Source: an uncultured virus (IMG/VR IMGVR_UViG_2061766007_003336) (lineage: Duplodnaviria > Heunggongvirae > Uroviricota > Caudoviricetes). Taken from it: a stretch of 64,000 nt of DNA. The notes under the pieces were generated by a model that saw nothing but the letters and a program-made list of their open reading frames with translations, searched no databases and was not told the origin of the DNA. The stretch is from the IMG/VR virus record IMGVR_UViG_2061766007_003336, one strand, 5' to 3'. Both the position numbers and the translations under genes were made by a program. Shown piece by piece: positions 29,901 through 38,769 of the stretch; the first letter of the stretch is position 1; every line of letters begins with the position of its first letter.

Positions 29901-32900
29901 ATTTTGACGGTAGAACCGCTGCAGCGGACGGTGTGCTGACTTTAAGTAAGTCTGCTTTAAATTTCGTGACAGCACGTACCGCAGGATACGATTTGTTTGA
30001 TTCTGGTGATGAGGGTTCCGCCGAAGCAGTAACTGAAGGCTTCCAGGTGTTTAACCAGTGGTCATCAGGTGTACGGAAAATGCACGACACACGCAAGTCT
30101 CAGGTCGAAGCATTTTTTTCAAGTTCTTTATGGGCGTCTAACTTAGGACAGAAACGGGTGAAAGTTGAGGGAGTTGACGTTGATACAAATAAGGACTGGT
30201 ATATCACCAATGCCGGCAGCCTGCCCGAGCCGTCGCTTGCGTCGAATATCAACGGTGAGCTTATAGCGCTTGCGGAGGCTGGCCCAGAGGTAAACCTACA
30301 GTTTGTCTTTCCGACTAACTTGAACCACGACGATGCCGGAAGCCTTCCCAGCAATACACTTACAGAAGTACTTTTTCCAATTTACACTAAAATATTAAAT
30401 GTTTTACGTAACTTGTCGTATTTATCCCAGTATAAGACTGTAGCAGCGCACCTTAAGGATAAGAAAAAAACTTCAAAGCAGGTAGTGGCCGCTCTGCCTG
30501 ATATTGGGATCCTCGATGACCTAACTGCTTCCTCATATACTTCAGGGGACAGCGGGCAGTTACTCACGTTGAAATGCGAAAAAACAGCGGATGCTTTGGA
30601 AAAGGCTGCTAAATTACACACAGATCTGGCGGCTGGAGATACAGTATCCGCCGATCTTTTAAAAAGCTCACCCGACCTTAAGCCAGCAACTATAAAAATT
30701 GTTCAGCCTGAGGCTGAGTTATTTTTACGCAGGGAAGAGTTTGAGCTTCAAGTCTTAGTTCAAGATTTTTTTAACGGAGATTCTAGTATCTGGCCCTGGA
30801 AGGCTGGTAACGGTCAGATTGTTAAGTCTATCCCTGGGTCCATAGATATTCCGAGGCTTCCAGGCCTGACTCTGTTACTTGAGGGGGCAGCCTGGTTGTT
30901 TTATGCTCCGTATGACGGAGGCAGCGTGTCAGGCGAACAGGGCATGCTGTCAGATCCGTGGTTTTATAGTGTAGAGAAAAACGCTTCTGGCGGCAGACTG
31001 CCGGATACGCTGTTACCTCCGGTATTTCAAATTACGGAATCGACAAGCATCGAGACGGAATCATCTAAAAGTTCATGGTTAAGACTTGATAAAGAAGATT
31101 TTTATTCCGAGGCCAACAAACCGACGCGAGCCTTAGTCGCTTGCGATAGTTTGTTTAAGGATTCAGATACGCCTACGATGTGGTTTACAAGTTCTCATAA
31201 GGCGATACCTTCGAACCCTAAGCTTACAGGAGCTAATTTTTCACGTCTTCCTGTAGTAGCCTGGTACTCAGGCGGAGAGAAAGCATCCGTTCTCTATATG
31301 GATATGCTTACCGGACAGTACATAGATTTCACAGGCAGACACTGGTTTAATCCGGAACTTCCGGAGGAGTTCAAGTCAGTAAGTCTGAACGGTGAGTCCG
31401 AGTGGTGCCCGAAAACAGAGCAGTGGGGAAAATTGTTTGAATTTATGAAGAAGAATAACCCGTTCGATATATTCCCCGGTCTGAAAAATACCCCTGACAG
31501 GGTTGTGTACAAGGTTATTCCTGCAGCGAAAGGGGACCTCACCTTGTGGGAAGCTGCGTTCCAGATTCCCGGAGCCGTAATTGAGTATGAAATAAAGGTT
31601 AGAGAGACAGTAAACCCGCTCTATACAGACCGGTGGCAGGTAATAGACCCGAGACACGATCTTGCACTTGATATTTCGGATGTTTTAAAGACATTCACCA
31701 GAGACGGTAGTGAAGATACCCGGACTGCAACCGCAAAAACCTCAGGCTTCGGAGGCAGCAGCAGGCTTAATGACATCCTGGTGTCCCTATTCGGGTCAGA
31801 GGACGCGGCTAAGATAAAGATCGCACAGACTGAGTGCACTAATATGAGCGACGGCACGGATACCGTAGACGGGAAAACGTTTGCTGTTGCTGCTCCAGGC
31901 AGACTTAAGCTTAATAATTTTGAGGCTATACGGTATGCGGGAAGCAGCAGGTACAACCAGAAAGATTTTCCGCTCAGGCTCCATCTGGGGTGCGATCTGG
32001 CTTCAGGGGCTTCATTGGAACTTAACTGGTACGACAATCCCAGTATCCCTAAATTCGGCTTGTCATTGCCCTGGGATTCCTATGTCATGTACGGAGTTCA
32101 GGCTGAGGATGAAGTCTTGTCAGGCTATGGTTTCTTTGCGGTGGTAGTTCCTGCCGATCAGGCTGACAGCAGCCGCCTTGACGTCGTGCTGATAGCCCAC
32201 ATGAACCCTGCGGCAACACTTCTCGATGATATTTCGGGCACGTTTTCTTCTGGAGGAACAGCCGTTAGTGATCTAGGGAATCCTCTGGGAAAGGAACAGC
32301 TGGCATCGTTGCAGGACCTGATTGATCTTAGCAAAAAATGTGCGGAATACGCCGGACAAACCGGTACGGAAAAAGGGCAGTTTTATTTTTTCAACAGGAC
32401 CAAATACAAAACCCTGCGGAGCAGCACCGATGCTGCCAGCAGAAAGGTGGTCGGGTTTGCAAAGGAATACCTTCCCAAGCTGATCAAGGCCTTCGGGGCA
32501 GGCGGTAGCCTGAGGTTACACCGCTTTTTTCTTAAGGCGGGTACAAAGATCGGTGTAATGGGCGCTTCCGGGGACGGAGCTATGCACTATCACTGCGAGT
32601 ATTATAAGTTGAAACGTACTCCTCTGCCCTGGGCTGGGGAAGACGAGATCAGACGCTGTAAGACAGTGAACAGTCTGGCAGAATCTGTATTTGTGAAGAA
32701 TAAGAATGACCTGCAGGATATCTATAACTATATCATTAAAGCCCATGATGACGCTGTGTTTTACATGAAGACTGATGTAGCGGCAAGGTCATGGGACTTG
32801 GTGCAGAGAGAAGCGGCTCTTGCAGTCCATAAAATGCAGACCAGTTACGGCCTTGAGGACTTCCTGGACGGCGTGTCAGGAACAGCCATGGCTATCTCGG

Positions 32901-33817
32901 GTTCAGATACACTCAAAGTCCCCGACCAGGAACTCGTTGAAAGCGTAGTCCGCATGAAGGCCTACCAGACTATCCTGGCGATGTACAGCATGGCCCAGCC
33001 GGCCCCGGTAGTCCTGCCGTATTATGATCCTTATGTAATGGATGCTGGAATGCCTGCCGCAGTCGTCTACCGGAACGACATTATTCTTACCAGGGTTTCC
33101 GGAATACAGATGATGGTCAACGGACCGATGGTCAACTTTACCGTTAATTTCACTCCGGGAATATCGGTAGCGAAAATGCTGCCTGTCTACCTCAGGGCGA
33201 TGATCAACGCAGGTGCCGTAAAGTCCTCGCTCCTCAGAAGGTCGGTTTTCCCGTTCCACTGCGTGGAGTATTTCAACGAAACCAGCTTTAACCTGAATTA
33301 TATGGCCGGCAACTACCAGCAGATGTTCAACAGGAAGGACTTCGTGTTCGACTGGCGTGATGCGGTAGTGATCGACCTCGGAAACAACATCCATAAAACC
33401 GTCAACGAGATCCTGCCTGATCCTGCGGCTCTGAGTCACGCTTTCAATGTACTCAGCGAGAGGACTCCGGATGACAAGTTCCACATTGACCTGAGCAAGG
33501 CTAAAATGTCAGATGCAAGGTTCCCGATGAACGAGGCGCAGATGATGCTGAAGGCACGTGCCTGGGGCGAGGACAGTCTGTACACGTATACTAAGAGCTG
33601 TACGAAGTACTTCTGCCAGGATCACAGGGCGATGATGAAGTTCTCGTCTGAAAACTCGGGGACATATGAGGCTGAGGCGCTCCGGAATTTAGACGCTACC
33701 TCGTCGAAGATCAAAACGCCGCTGGATATACCGAGAACCTATTACGACTGGCATAATATGTTCAAAAAGCTGCGCACGTCGATCCGTTCCGTCGTGAACT
33801 GGAACGACCGTGACTGA
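26918..33817 (+). CDS. large virion tail/baseplate-hub-like protein with M23 peptidase domain
   Basis: 2299 aa, GGAGG SD; M23 motifs HLGCD, GYGFFAVV, IAHM, KAGTKIGVMGASG, HYHCE. Structural role is inference. Confidence 0.65.
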   Translation: MLYSHIRFMIADVEMPVSGPIYVSGGMLQTRLSFILSGDDKSLYYASPLARVKYERVPVKLLGSKPQASVADDENGGIGNYIVIFEGAADMQISFSQSTRQLDIAVQAVPLSVKALDSIIYSMLSIGSVTSNVNQAARTAYEKKISEGNAEKVVVTAGGGSPHSANSILFLKKLVTGGSPADILRPTDMIEYAINNILGYAGSNVLSEEKIVPFVSPDESFKWLDGGNGAGSLPEYILSTMIGEPVATAEDGSVLFKEGSPGIQYGVLADEFLCRSVMVQQSMSTASSQSKYAGASEAPVLTDAASNEVTDDVVQYLKKDKYWFPATGVTLNGVQTSVSELIKTSRTSVAELKTSDKLPLCLKTIIERRVLACDDLTGQVLRTIPEAFGLLNGMMKCFLSVFRFFVFTDNKKSDSWTLFDLIYTNVNVISKTNPEAGSFAGVLQQLLVSGFNGTNVSGGDLCGRMFDVFQETIGGLSSALPSVSDWKQYTNSGITTAEADPWILAARDLTAAAVSEALQVLETAVSYLPSGEYLVGPCYLNLFRAPKHNTESDKIIPSLNTIAGWMVTLYDGYRKKGLLETDKNTAEYPESTRFDIQAVRSIAGSAAYNRVAAPGFLRQPGDNPPKRKFVYPHMAVAAYDEFKQLVSSLALADTTMKVSLRSLLVALYDKLNLSLATPLNKPICTQEDKQISCDKVAVDPARSLAEILILPNHELQVVPKCNVFAVDMRYGAQLQYSEQSNLSRLLVRYTPPVDLVGGDASSVPSQVFAFDLTDPGADMRQVSPSTLEEYNNARRISRGSASYTAGYTNGALYNLERTEIVDVSHDVAALAQLCRSMTDVGDAVKKPDLAPRNTAAIEAALDTTQASFPDTITIKAYTPKTIGEQPKEEKLSYKLSGNTASYLDVVSASKNSKVETVLNTYSAAAALIVLNSVLMTPELRNLKTTGSAEAAVAQWFQNQLMAGHKQEGVTELSDIELSFAAVAGRYAVEFLRSGYFDGRTAAADGVLTLSKSALNFVTARTAGYDLFDSGDEGSAEAVTEGFQVFNQWSSGVRKMHDTRKSQVEAFFSSSLWASNLGQKRVKVEGVDVDTNKDWYITNAGSLPEPSLASNINGELIALAEAGPEVNLQFVFPTNLNHDDAGSLPSNTLTEVLFPIYTKILNVLRNLSYLSQYKTVAAHLKDKKKTSKQVVAALPDIGILDDLTASSYTSGDSGQLLTLKCEKTADALEKAAKLHTDLAAGDTVSADLLKSSPDLKPATIKIVQPEAELFLRREEFELQVLVQDFFNGDSSIWPWKAGNGQIVKSIPGSIDIPRLPGLTLLLEGAAWLFYAPYDGGSVSGEQGMLSDPWFYSVEKNASGGRLPDTLLPPVFQITESTSIETESSKSSWLRLDKEDFYSEANKPTRALVACDSLFKDSDTPTMWFTSSHKAIPSNPKLTGANFSRLPVVAWYSGGEKASVLYMDMLTGQYIDFTGRHWFNPELPEEFKSVSLNGESEWCPKTEQWGKLFEFMKKNNPFDIFPGLKNTPDRVVYKVIPAAKGDLTLWEAAFQIPGAVIEYEIKVRETVNPLYTDRWQVIDPRHDLALDISDVLKTFTRDGSEDTRTATAKTSGFGGSSRLNDILVSLFGSEDAAKIKIAQTECTNMSDGTDTVDGKTFAVAAPGRLKLNNFEAIRYAGSSRYNQKDFPLRLHLGCDLASGASLELNWYDNPSIPKFGLSLPWDSYVMYGVQAEDEVLSGYGFFAVVVPADQADSSRLDVVLIAHMNPAATLLDDISGTFSSGGTAVSDLGNPLGKEQLASLQDLIDLSKKCAEYAGQTGTEKGQFYFFNRTKYKTLRSSTDAASRKVVGFAKEYLPKLIKAFGAGGSLRLHRFFLKAGTKIGVMGASGDGAMHYHCEYYKLKRTPLPWAGEDEIRRCKTVNSLAESVFVKNKNDLQDIYNYIIKAHDDAVFYMKTDVAARSWDLVQREAALAVHKMQTSYGLEDFLDGVSGTAMAISGSDTLKVPDQELVESVVRMKAYQTILAMYSMAQPAPVVLPYYDPYVMDAGMPAAVVYRNDIILTRVSGIQMMVNGPMVNFTVNFTPGISVAKMLPVYLRAMINAGAVKSSLLRRSVFPFHCVEYFNETSFNLNYMAGNYQQMFNRKDFVFDWRDAVVIDLGNNIHKTVNEILPDPAALSHAFNVLSERTPDDKFHIDLSKAKMSDARFPMNEAQMMLKARAWGEDSLYTYTKSCTKYFCQDHRAMMKFSSENSGTYEAEALRNLDATSSKIKTPLDIPRTYYDWHNMFKKLRTSIRSVVNWNDRD

Positions 33818-33818
33818 A

Positions 33819-33858
33819 CAAAAAAAAGAACAGGCAGGCCCCCGAAGGGGCCGGCCTA
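33819..33858 (-). terminator. terminator between convergent genes
   Basis: GGCCCC-CGAA-GGGGCC hairpin with A run on the left. Confidence 0.65.
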
Positions 33859-33860
33859 GA

Positions 33861-34847
33861 TTACTCTTCGACTACGGCGATGTCGCCGTTGTCGAAGAGG
33901 GTGCGTTCGCTGCAGTCATAGATGCGCTTAACGCGTATCTTGCGGCCGGCGACCTTGACCTTTTCCTCTGCGTCGTTAGCAGAGGTTGCTGCTGCCCCCT
34001 CTGTCGCGGCCTCCCCGTTATCCGTCGTAGGATGGAGAGTATTCTCCAACCCCTCGGGATCGAAGAATATGTTGTTGAGCTCCTTCTTACACCACTCATA
34101 GAGGGAGGGAGGAAGCTCTTCAGGGATTCGATTAAACCGATACTTGGGGTCATTTATAAACCCCTTTAACAACCGGTCCAGAGACAATACGTCCATGTAC
34201 TTAAACCGCTGTTCCAACGCCACTTCCATAGCGTTAAGAACCTCTTGAAGAACTGCCCCATAGCAGTCCTTCAGAATACACACCTCCAAGGGCTCACCCC
34301 TGTGGTAGGGTTCCGTGTAGTACCCCTGTTCTGGGGTACGCAAAAGTGTGTAGCACCCGTCCATATAGGTGCCACATTTCCATAACTTGTTGAACAGCTT
34401 GAAAAACAAGTTGTTCATTTTGTGCGCTCGTGCCATAAGAATAGCACAATTTTGGAGCGCTCTGACCGGCTTCAGCCAGGGCGCCAGGTTCTTCCATGCC
34501 AGCATAAACGCTAGCAGGAAGCCCTCTTCTTCCCTGCTGAATTTCTCCGCCCTAAGCATATTCAGTAGGGTTTGCGCTTTACTGATAATGGAAAGCGCGT
34601 TAAATTTTACTGTCCGGCGGGGACCTTTTGACTCGTCCTCGTCGTACTGCCATGGAGTAATCTCGATGATTCCTCCATCTTTGATGGAGAACCCGAAATC
34701 CGGGTTCTCGAACGGTGCCAAACATTCGATCACCTCATCGGTGATCTTCATTTCTCTCCACCACTCGAGGGCGGTTCGAGTGGCAGTTCTGATCTGGTTG
34801 TCCAAGTTGCCAACAACCAGATTTTTGGTAGGATCCATCGTTTTCAT
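33861..34847 (-). CDS. hypothetical protein (isolated minus-strand gene)
   Basis: AGGAG SD; 328 aa; own terminator. Confidence 0.8.
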   Translation of the reverse strand: MKTMDPTKNLVVGNLDNQIRTATRTALEWWREMKITDEVIECLAPFENPDFGFSIKDGGIIEITPWQYDEDESKGPRRTVKFNALSIISKAQTLLNMLRAEKFSREEEGFLLAFMLAWKNLAPWLKPVRALQNCAILMARAHKMNNLFFKLFNKLWKCGTYMDGCYTLLRTPEQGYYTEPYHRGEPLEVCILKDCYGAVLQEVLNAMEVALEQRFKYMDVLSLDRLLKGFINDPKYRFNRIPEELPPSLYEWCKKELNNIFFDPEGLENTLHPTTDNGEAATEGAAATSANDAEEKVKVAGRKIRVKRIYDCSERTLFDNGDIAVVEE

Positions 34848-34966
34848 GTTTTCTCCTGCCCTTTTTTTAAGCCGCGGTCGACGGCAAAAGTTAATAAACC
34901 ACCCTTTCTTTCTTCTAACGCAAAAACAGAATTATTCTGACGTGCATGACGGCTCTAATTTAATTG

Positions 34967-34995
34967 TTGCTAATTTCTAAAGAAAACTGTATGAT
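34967..34995 (+). promoter_or_regulatory. sigma70-like promoter
   Basis: TTGCTA-N17-TATGAT upstream of 35040. Confidence 0.45.
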
Positions 34996-35039
34996 TCCCG
35001 AGAGTGTTTTTATAACGTGTTTTTTTACGGAGGATAACC

Positions 35040-35825
35040 ATGAGTTACGTTTCACGTGATCTTTTTCTTATGAACATCGATAAACTTGCTGCAAGTGCTC
35101 TCGAAGGTGCTGAAGAGTTCGGCAGAGGCGTAGGTGAGTACTGGGGAAACCAGGCACAGAGTGTTGCCGACAGCATCAGTCAGGGAGCAGCACGCGGTAA
35201 GGCTAAACGCAGCCAGATCAAACAGATGGCTGCAGCCAACAGAGCGGGAAGATCCAGAAACACGGATCCGCTTGGCGGAGAATATGCTGTCAATCTTACC
35301 AACGGTGCAAGAAATGCAGCTAACAAAGGTATCGGCGCAGTAGCTCGCGGTATGGATGCGCTGAACAGCGGTATAACCGGTGGTCTTAACGCGGCAGGCC
35401 GTGGAATAGCTTCCGCAGGACGTGCGGTAAGCGCCTGGGGCGACAGAACCGGACAAAAGATCTCACAGGCACGCAGAGACGTGTCAAATGCGGCTTACGG
35501 CGGACTTAACGCTGCCAGAGAGAGCATAAACAATGCTGCAAACAACATCGCATCGTCATGGAACAGAGGCGCAGACAGAAGAGCAGAAGTTCAGGCTGCA
35601 GCCGATGCCAACAGAGCTGCAAGAGTGACTGACAGAACTCCGCTTGGCGGAACATATGCTGAAGCCATTACTGACGGCGTAAGAAACGCAGGAAGATCTA
35701 TAGGCAACTGGTTCAGCAGTATCGGTGACGCGTGGAACAGAGGTGCCGAGAAACGTAACGCTGCTTTTGGAAAAGGTAAAGGCAAAGGCAACGGTGCAAA
35801 CGGCCAGTACTACGCAGGGCTTTAA
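35040..35825 (+). CDS. DKLA-leader Ala/Gly-rich protein with internal duplication
   Basis: MSYVSRDLFLMNIDKLA; two copies of ANRA...PLGGxYAxxxTxGxRNA. Confidence 0.85.
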   Translation: MSYVSRDLFLMNIDKLAASALEGAEEFGRGVGEYWGNQAQSVADSISQGAARGKAKRSQIKQMAAANRAGRSRNTDPLGGEYAVNLTNGARNAANKGIGAVARGMDALNSGITGGLNAAGRGIASAGRAVSAWGDRTGQKISQARRDVSNAAYGGLNAARESINNAANNIASSWNRGADRRAEVQAAADANRAARVTDRTPLGGTYAEAITDGVRNAGRSIGNWFSSIGDAWNRGAEKRNAAFGKGKGKGNGANGQYYAGL

Positions 35826-35840
35826 TTTCAGGAGGGAGTC

Positions 35841-36536
35841 ATGCCAGCAAGACCTTTGATAGATGATTATACCCGTGCACCAGAGTCCCCTCTGGCATTT
35901 AACTTTGATACGCATCCGATAATAACGCCAAGCATGGAAGCATGGTTGCTGCGGTTAGCCAAGAACCAGCCGCTTTTACGCCCTCCGCGTGAAGGGGTTG
36001 AGAAGAAAATGTTTTATGATTTTGTAAACGGAAAAATCGACGAGCGTAATCCTATTATAGTCGGAGGGGTCAGAGAGCGTAATATTCTTGATAGGAAATT
36101 AGGGGACTATAGGATCCCGGGAACAGACAGAGCCGTGTACGACTTCCTGTCAGAGGGATCAAAAGACGGGTCTGCCGTGGACCAGACGTCCCCTTATAGC
36201 GCAAGAGGCTATCTGGCAAATCAGTCGCTGAGGTCCATCGGCCGCAACGTCAAAAACTACTGGGGTGACGCATACAATACTTATGTAGCCCCTAAAGCGA
36301 AACAGTTTGCTGACACGGCCGGTAACTGGCTGAAGCAGAAAGCGAAGAGCTACGGATCGGATCTCGCGGTTGTCGGCGATGATCTTAAGAGCAGGGCGAA
36401 GAGCCTTTACGGAAACATGAGAGGCACCCTTCGTGACGCCCTTAACGACCTCAGCAGAGCATCAGATAACATTCAGACGGCTGCGGCGTCCAAAAAACCC
36501 GATACAAGCGGCAACAGCAGTCCTGACAGGAGGTAA
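35841..36536 (+). CDS. hypothetical protein in DKxA cluster (amphipathic helical C-terminus)
   Basis: AGGAGGG SD; 231 aa. Confidence 0.8.
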   Translation: MPARPLIDDYTRAPESPLAFNFDTHPIITPSMEAWLLRLAKNQPLLRPPREGVEKKMFYDFVNGKIDERNPIIVGGVRERNILDRKLGDYRIPGTDRAVYDFLSEGSKDGSAVDQTSPYSARGYLANQSLRSIGRNVKNYWGDAYNTYVAPKAKQFADTAGNWLKQKAKSYGSDLAVVGDDLKSRAKSLYGNMRGTLRDALNDLSRASDNIQTAAASKKPDTSGNSSPDRR

Positions 36537-36538
36537 TT

Positions 36539-37489
36539 ATGGAAAATTACGGTGTTTATGGTGATAAACTGGCCGGAGGTATCGGAGGAGCGGTAGGTAC
36601 AGCACTCAACGCTACCGATAAAGCCGTAGCCAAAGGTCTCAAGGCCGCCTTAGGCCGTCAGGCTGCAAAAGCATTCGACAGAATGAAACGCATGCCCGGC
36701 GAGGCGATAGGATGGGCTGCGCGAAAGACCGCTCCGGGACTTATAGTAGGAGCGGCAGGTCTTTATGCTCTCCCCGGTCTGGCGCCGGCACTCATGGGAG
36801 GCAGCAGAGGACAGAACATTAACATTGTGCTCCCTGATAGCATAGCACTTGCGAACAGTAAGCAGGCTGCGGCGGAGCTGCCGTGGCTCAGTACCTCAAG
36901 TAAGGAGGAAAATATGGGTAATATGTATAACAACGGGCAGGAGAGTTCCTATCTCCGCTACGTAAGTCTCGGAACCAAGCTTGGATCAGCAACAGCTCAG
37001 GATTGGCTTGAGGACTATATGTATGACAAGACAGCTTTCAGTATTAAACCTGCTCTTAATGTGTTGAAGCGCGGAGCAGGAAAGATCGGGCAGTTCATCG
37101 CCGACAGCAGAATGCCGGCACTTGCTAACAAGGCTGCCGGCGGGGCCATGATGAAACCCCGACAGACCAGCAAGATTATAAAAGGTATTCACAGCGGTAA
37201 GATAAGATCCGGAGAACTCGAGAGACTGCTCCGGGGTTTCCAGTCAGGAACAATCGATAGCAAGGCTTTGACGGAAGCTATAGGAAACAGTTTTTTCGGA
37301 AACCTGCTCCGCCAGCCCGCAGTTTCTGAAGCGGTAGGAGGCGGTATCGGCGCAGCATCCCAGGGACTTAAGCCCTGGCAGATAGCGACCGCGGCTGCAG
37401 CTGTTCCGGCCGTAGGGTACTTAGGCTATAAGGCTCACCAGGGATTCGGCGGTGACGACAAGCCCAAAGTTGAAGTTAACCATTATTAA
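36539..37489 (+). CDS. DKLA-leader protein with two hydrophobic Gly/Ala modules; internal in-frame start at 36914
   Basis: GDKLAG, SKQA, YDKTA motifs; AAGGAGG-N6-ATG inside the frame. Confidence 0.85.
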   Translation: MENYGVYGDKLAGGIGGAVGTALNATDKAVAKGLKAALGRQAAKAFDRMKRMPGEAIGWAARKTAPGLIVGAAGLYALPGLAPALMGGSRGQNINIVLPDSIALANSKQAAAELPWLSTSSKEENMGNMYNNGQESSYLRYVSLGTKLGSATAQDWLEDYMYDKTAFSIKPALNVLKRGAGKIGQFIADSRMPALANKAAGGAMMKPRQTSKIIKGIHSGKIRSGELERLLRGFQSGTIDSKALTEAIGNSFFGNLLRQPAVSEAVGGGIGAASQGLKPWQIATAAAAVPAVGYLGYKAHQGFGGDDKPKVEVNHY

Positions 37490-37517
37490 GATATGACGAG
37501 GCGAAGTACCGGCCGTG

Positions 37518-37546
37518 TTGACTTATATATGTAAAAATAATAAACT
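37518..37546 (+). promoter_or_regulatory. sigma70-like promoter
   Basis: TTGACT-N17-TAAACT upstream of 37589. Confidence 0.6.
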
Positions 37547-37588
37547 CTGCCGTATATATTCGTTTCTTTAAGCACATGGAGGTTTAGT

Positions 37589-38743
37589 ATGTTGAATTGG
37601 TACGACAAAATCGCCAGCGGCGTAGCTGCGGCGGATGAAGCGGCACAGGCTGCCGTTGCAGAACAGACTGCTGCTGAGAAACTACAGCAGGACATCGATC
37701 TCACTCAGGCGGTAGCTGCTGACGATAGCGTAACCACCGAAGAGAAGGTCGCAATTCTTGAAAACGAAGGCGTTGAGCCTGAGATCATTGAGGCTCTCAT
37801 CGACGCAGAAACTACAGATGCGGTTGCGGCATACTACGGTGTTAACCCGTACTGGCTTGCAGACAAAAAAGCATCCTGGCTTAATATTCTTCCGAATCAG
37901 GCAAGATTCGCTCTTGAAGATCCGGCAACCATGAGCCGTGTAGGAACGGCAGCTATGGGCGCAGGCCTAGGCGGACTCGCAGGTGCAGGCCTCGGTTACC
38001 TCGCCGGTGACGGTATGGGCGCAGCGATCGGCGGTCTTGCAGGCGCAGGACTCGGCGGTCTCGGCGGTTATTACCTGCCCGGTCTGTTCGGACAGGCTAA
38101 CAACGCAGCTGCAAACGCTATGGCTTCAGCAGCTCAGGACAGTCTCGTAAGAGACAGAGCCCTTTACTGGGACGGCATAACTCCAGGAATGTACGATGCA
38201 ATGGAGGCTAACGTGAAAGATATGAATGCAGCCAGGAGAGCAGCGGCAGAACTTCAGCACAAACAGGACGTGCTCAACCAGTACGGCGGTCTTCCGTCGG
38301 ATTCCGATGCTGCTATGGCGGCTCTTTTTGATCCTAATGTTACTTATTCGGACCAGCAGATGCTCGAACAGGCAGCACCCGATAAGACCAATTCATACCG
38401 TCTTGAGGACTCGAAATGGTTCCAGGACAAATGCGCAGGCCTTATCGACGGTGCAAGCCCGTGGGGACCGGTAAGAGAAGCTAAAGAATATCTTGCGGAT
38501 CCGGCTAACGCTGCTCTTGTAAGCAGACTCGGTATGGGCGCAGGCCTCGGCGGACTCGCAGGCGCAGGCCTCGGTTACCTCGCCGGTGACGGTATGGGCG
38601 CAGCGATCGGCGGTCTTGCAGGCGCAGGACTCGGCGGACTCGGTGCTTACTATGCTCCGGAACTGTTCCAGGCATACACTAACAATATTGTGTATCCGGC
38701 CGCGAATGACGTAGCAGCTGCCAACCTTGCAGAACTTTACTAA
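37589..38743 (+). CDS. DKIA-leader glycine-zipper protein (two zipper cassettes)
   Basis: WYDKIAS, ADKKAS, QDKCAG; GAGLGGLAGAGLGYLAGDGMGAAIGGLAGAGLGG twice. Confidence 0.85.
   Translation: MLNWYDKIASGVAAADEAAQAAVAEQTAAEKLQQDIDLTQAVAADDSVTTEEKVAILENEGVEPEIIEALIDAETTDAVAAYYGVNPYWLADKKASWLNILPNQARFALEDPATMSRVGTAAMGAGLGGLAGAGLGYLAGDGMGAAIGGLAGAGLGGLGGYYLPGLFGQANNAAANAMASAAQDSLVRDRALYWDGITPGMYDAMEANVKDMNAARRAAAELQHKQDVLNQYGGLPSDSDAAMAALFDPNVTYSDQQMLEQAAPDKTNSYRLEDSKWFQDKCAGLIDGASPWGPVREAKEYLADPANAALVSRLGMGAGLGGLAGAGLGYLAGDGMGAAIGGLAGAGLGGLGAYYAPELFQAYTNNIVYPAANDVAAANLAELY
37955..38059 (+). repeat. 105-bp glycine-zipper cassette copy 1
   Basis: near-identical to 38534-38638 and 39676-39780. Confidence 0.95.
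38534..38638 (+). repeat. 105-bp glycine-zipper cassette copy 2
   Basis: 3 substitutions vs copy 1 by eye. Confidence 0.95.
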
Positions 38744-38769
38744 CTTACACAATATATTGGAGGTTTAAC

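Noticed and set aside
33810..34980. Plus-strand ORFs 33810-34169 and 34369-34980
   Set aside because: Antisense to the RBS-supported 328-aa gene; the first runs through a terminator hairpin
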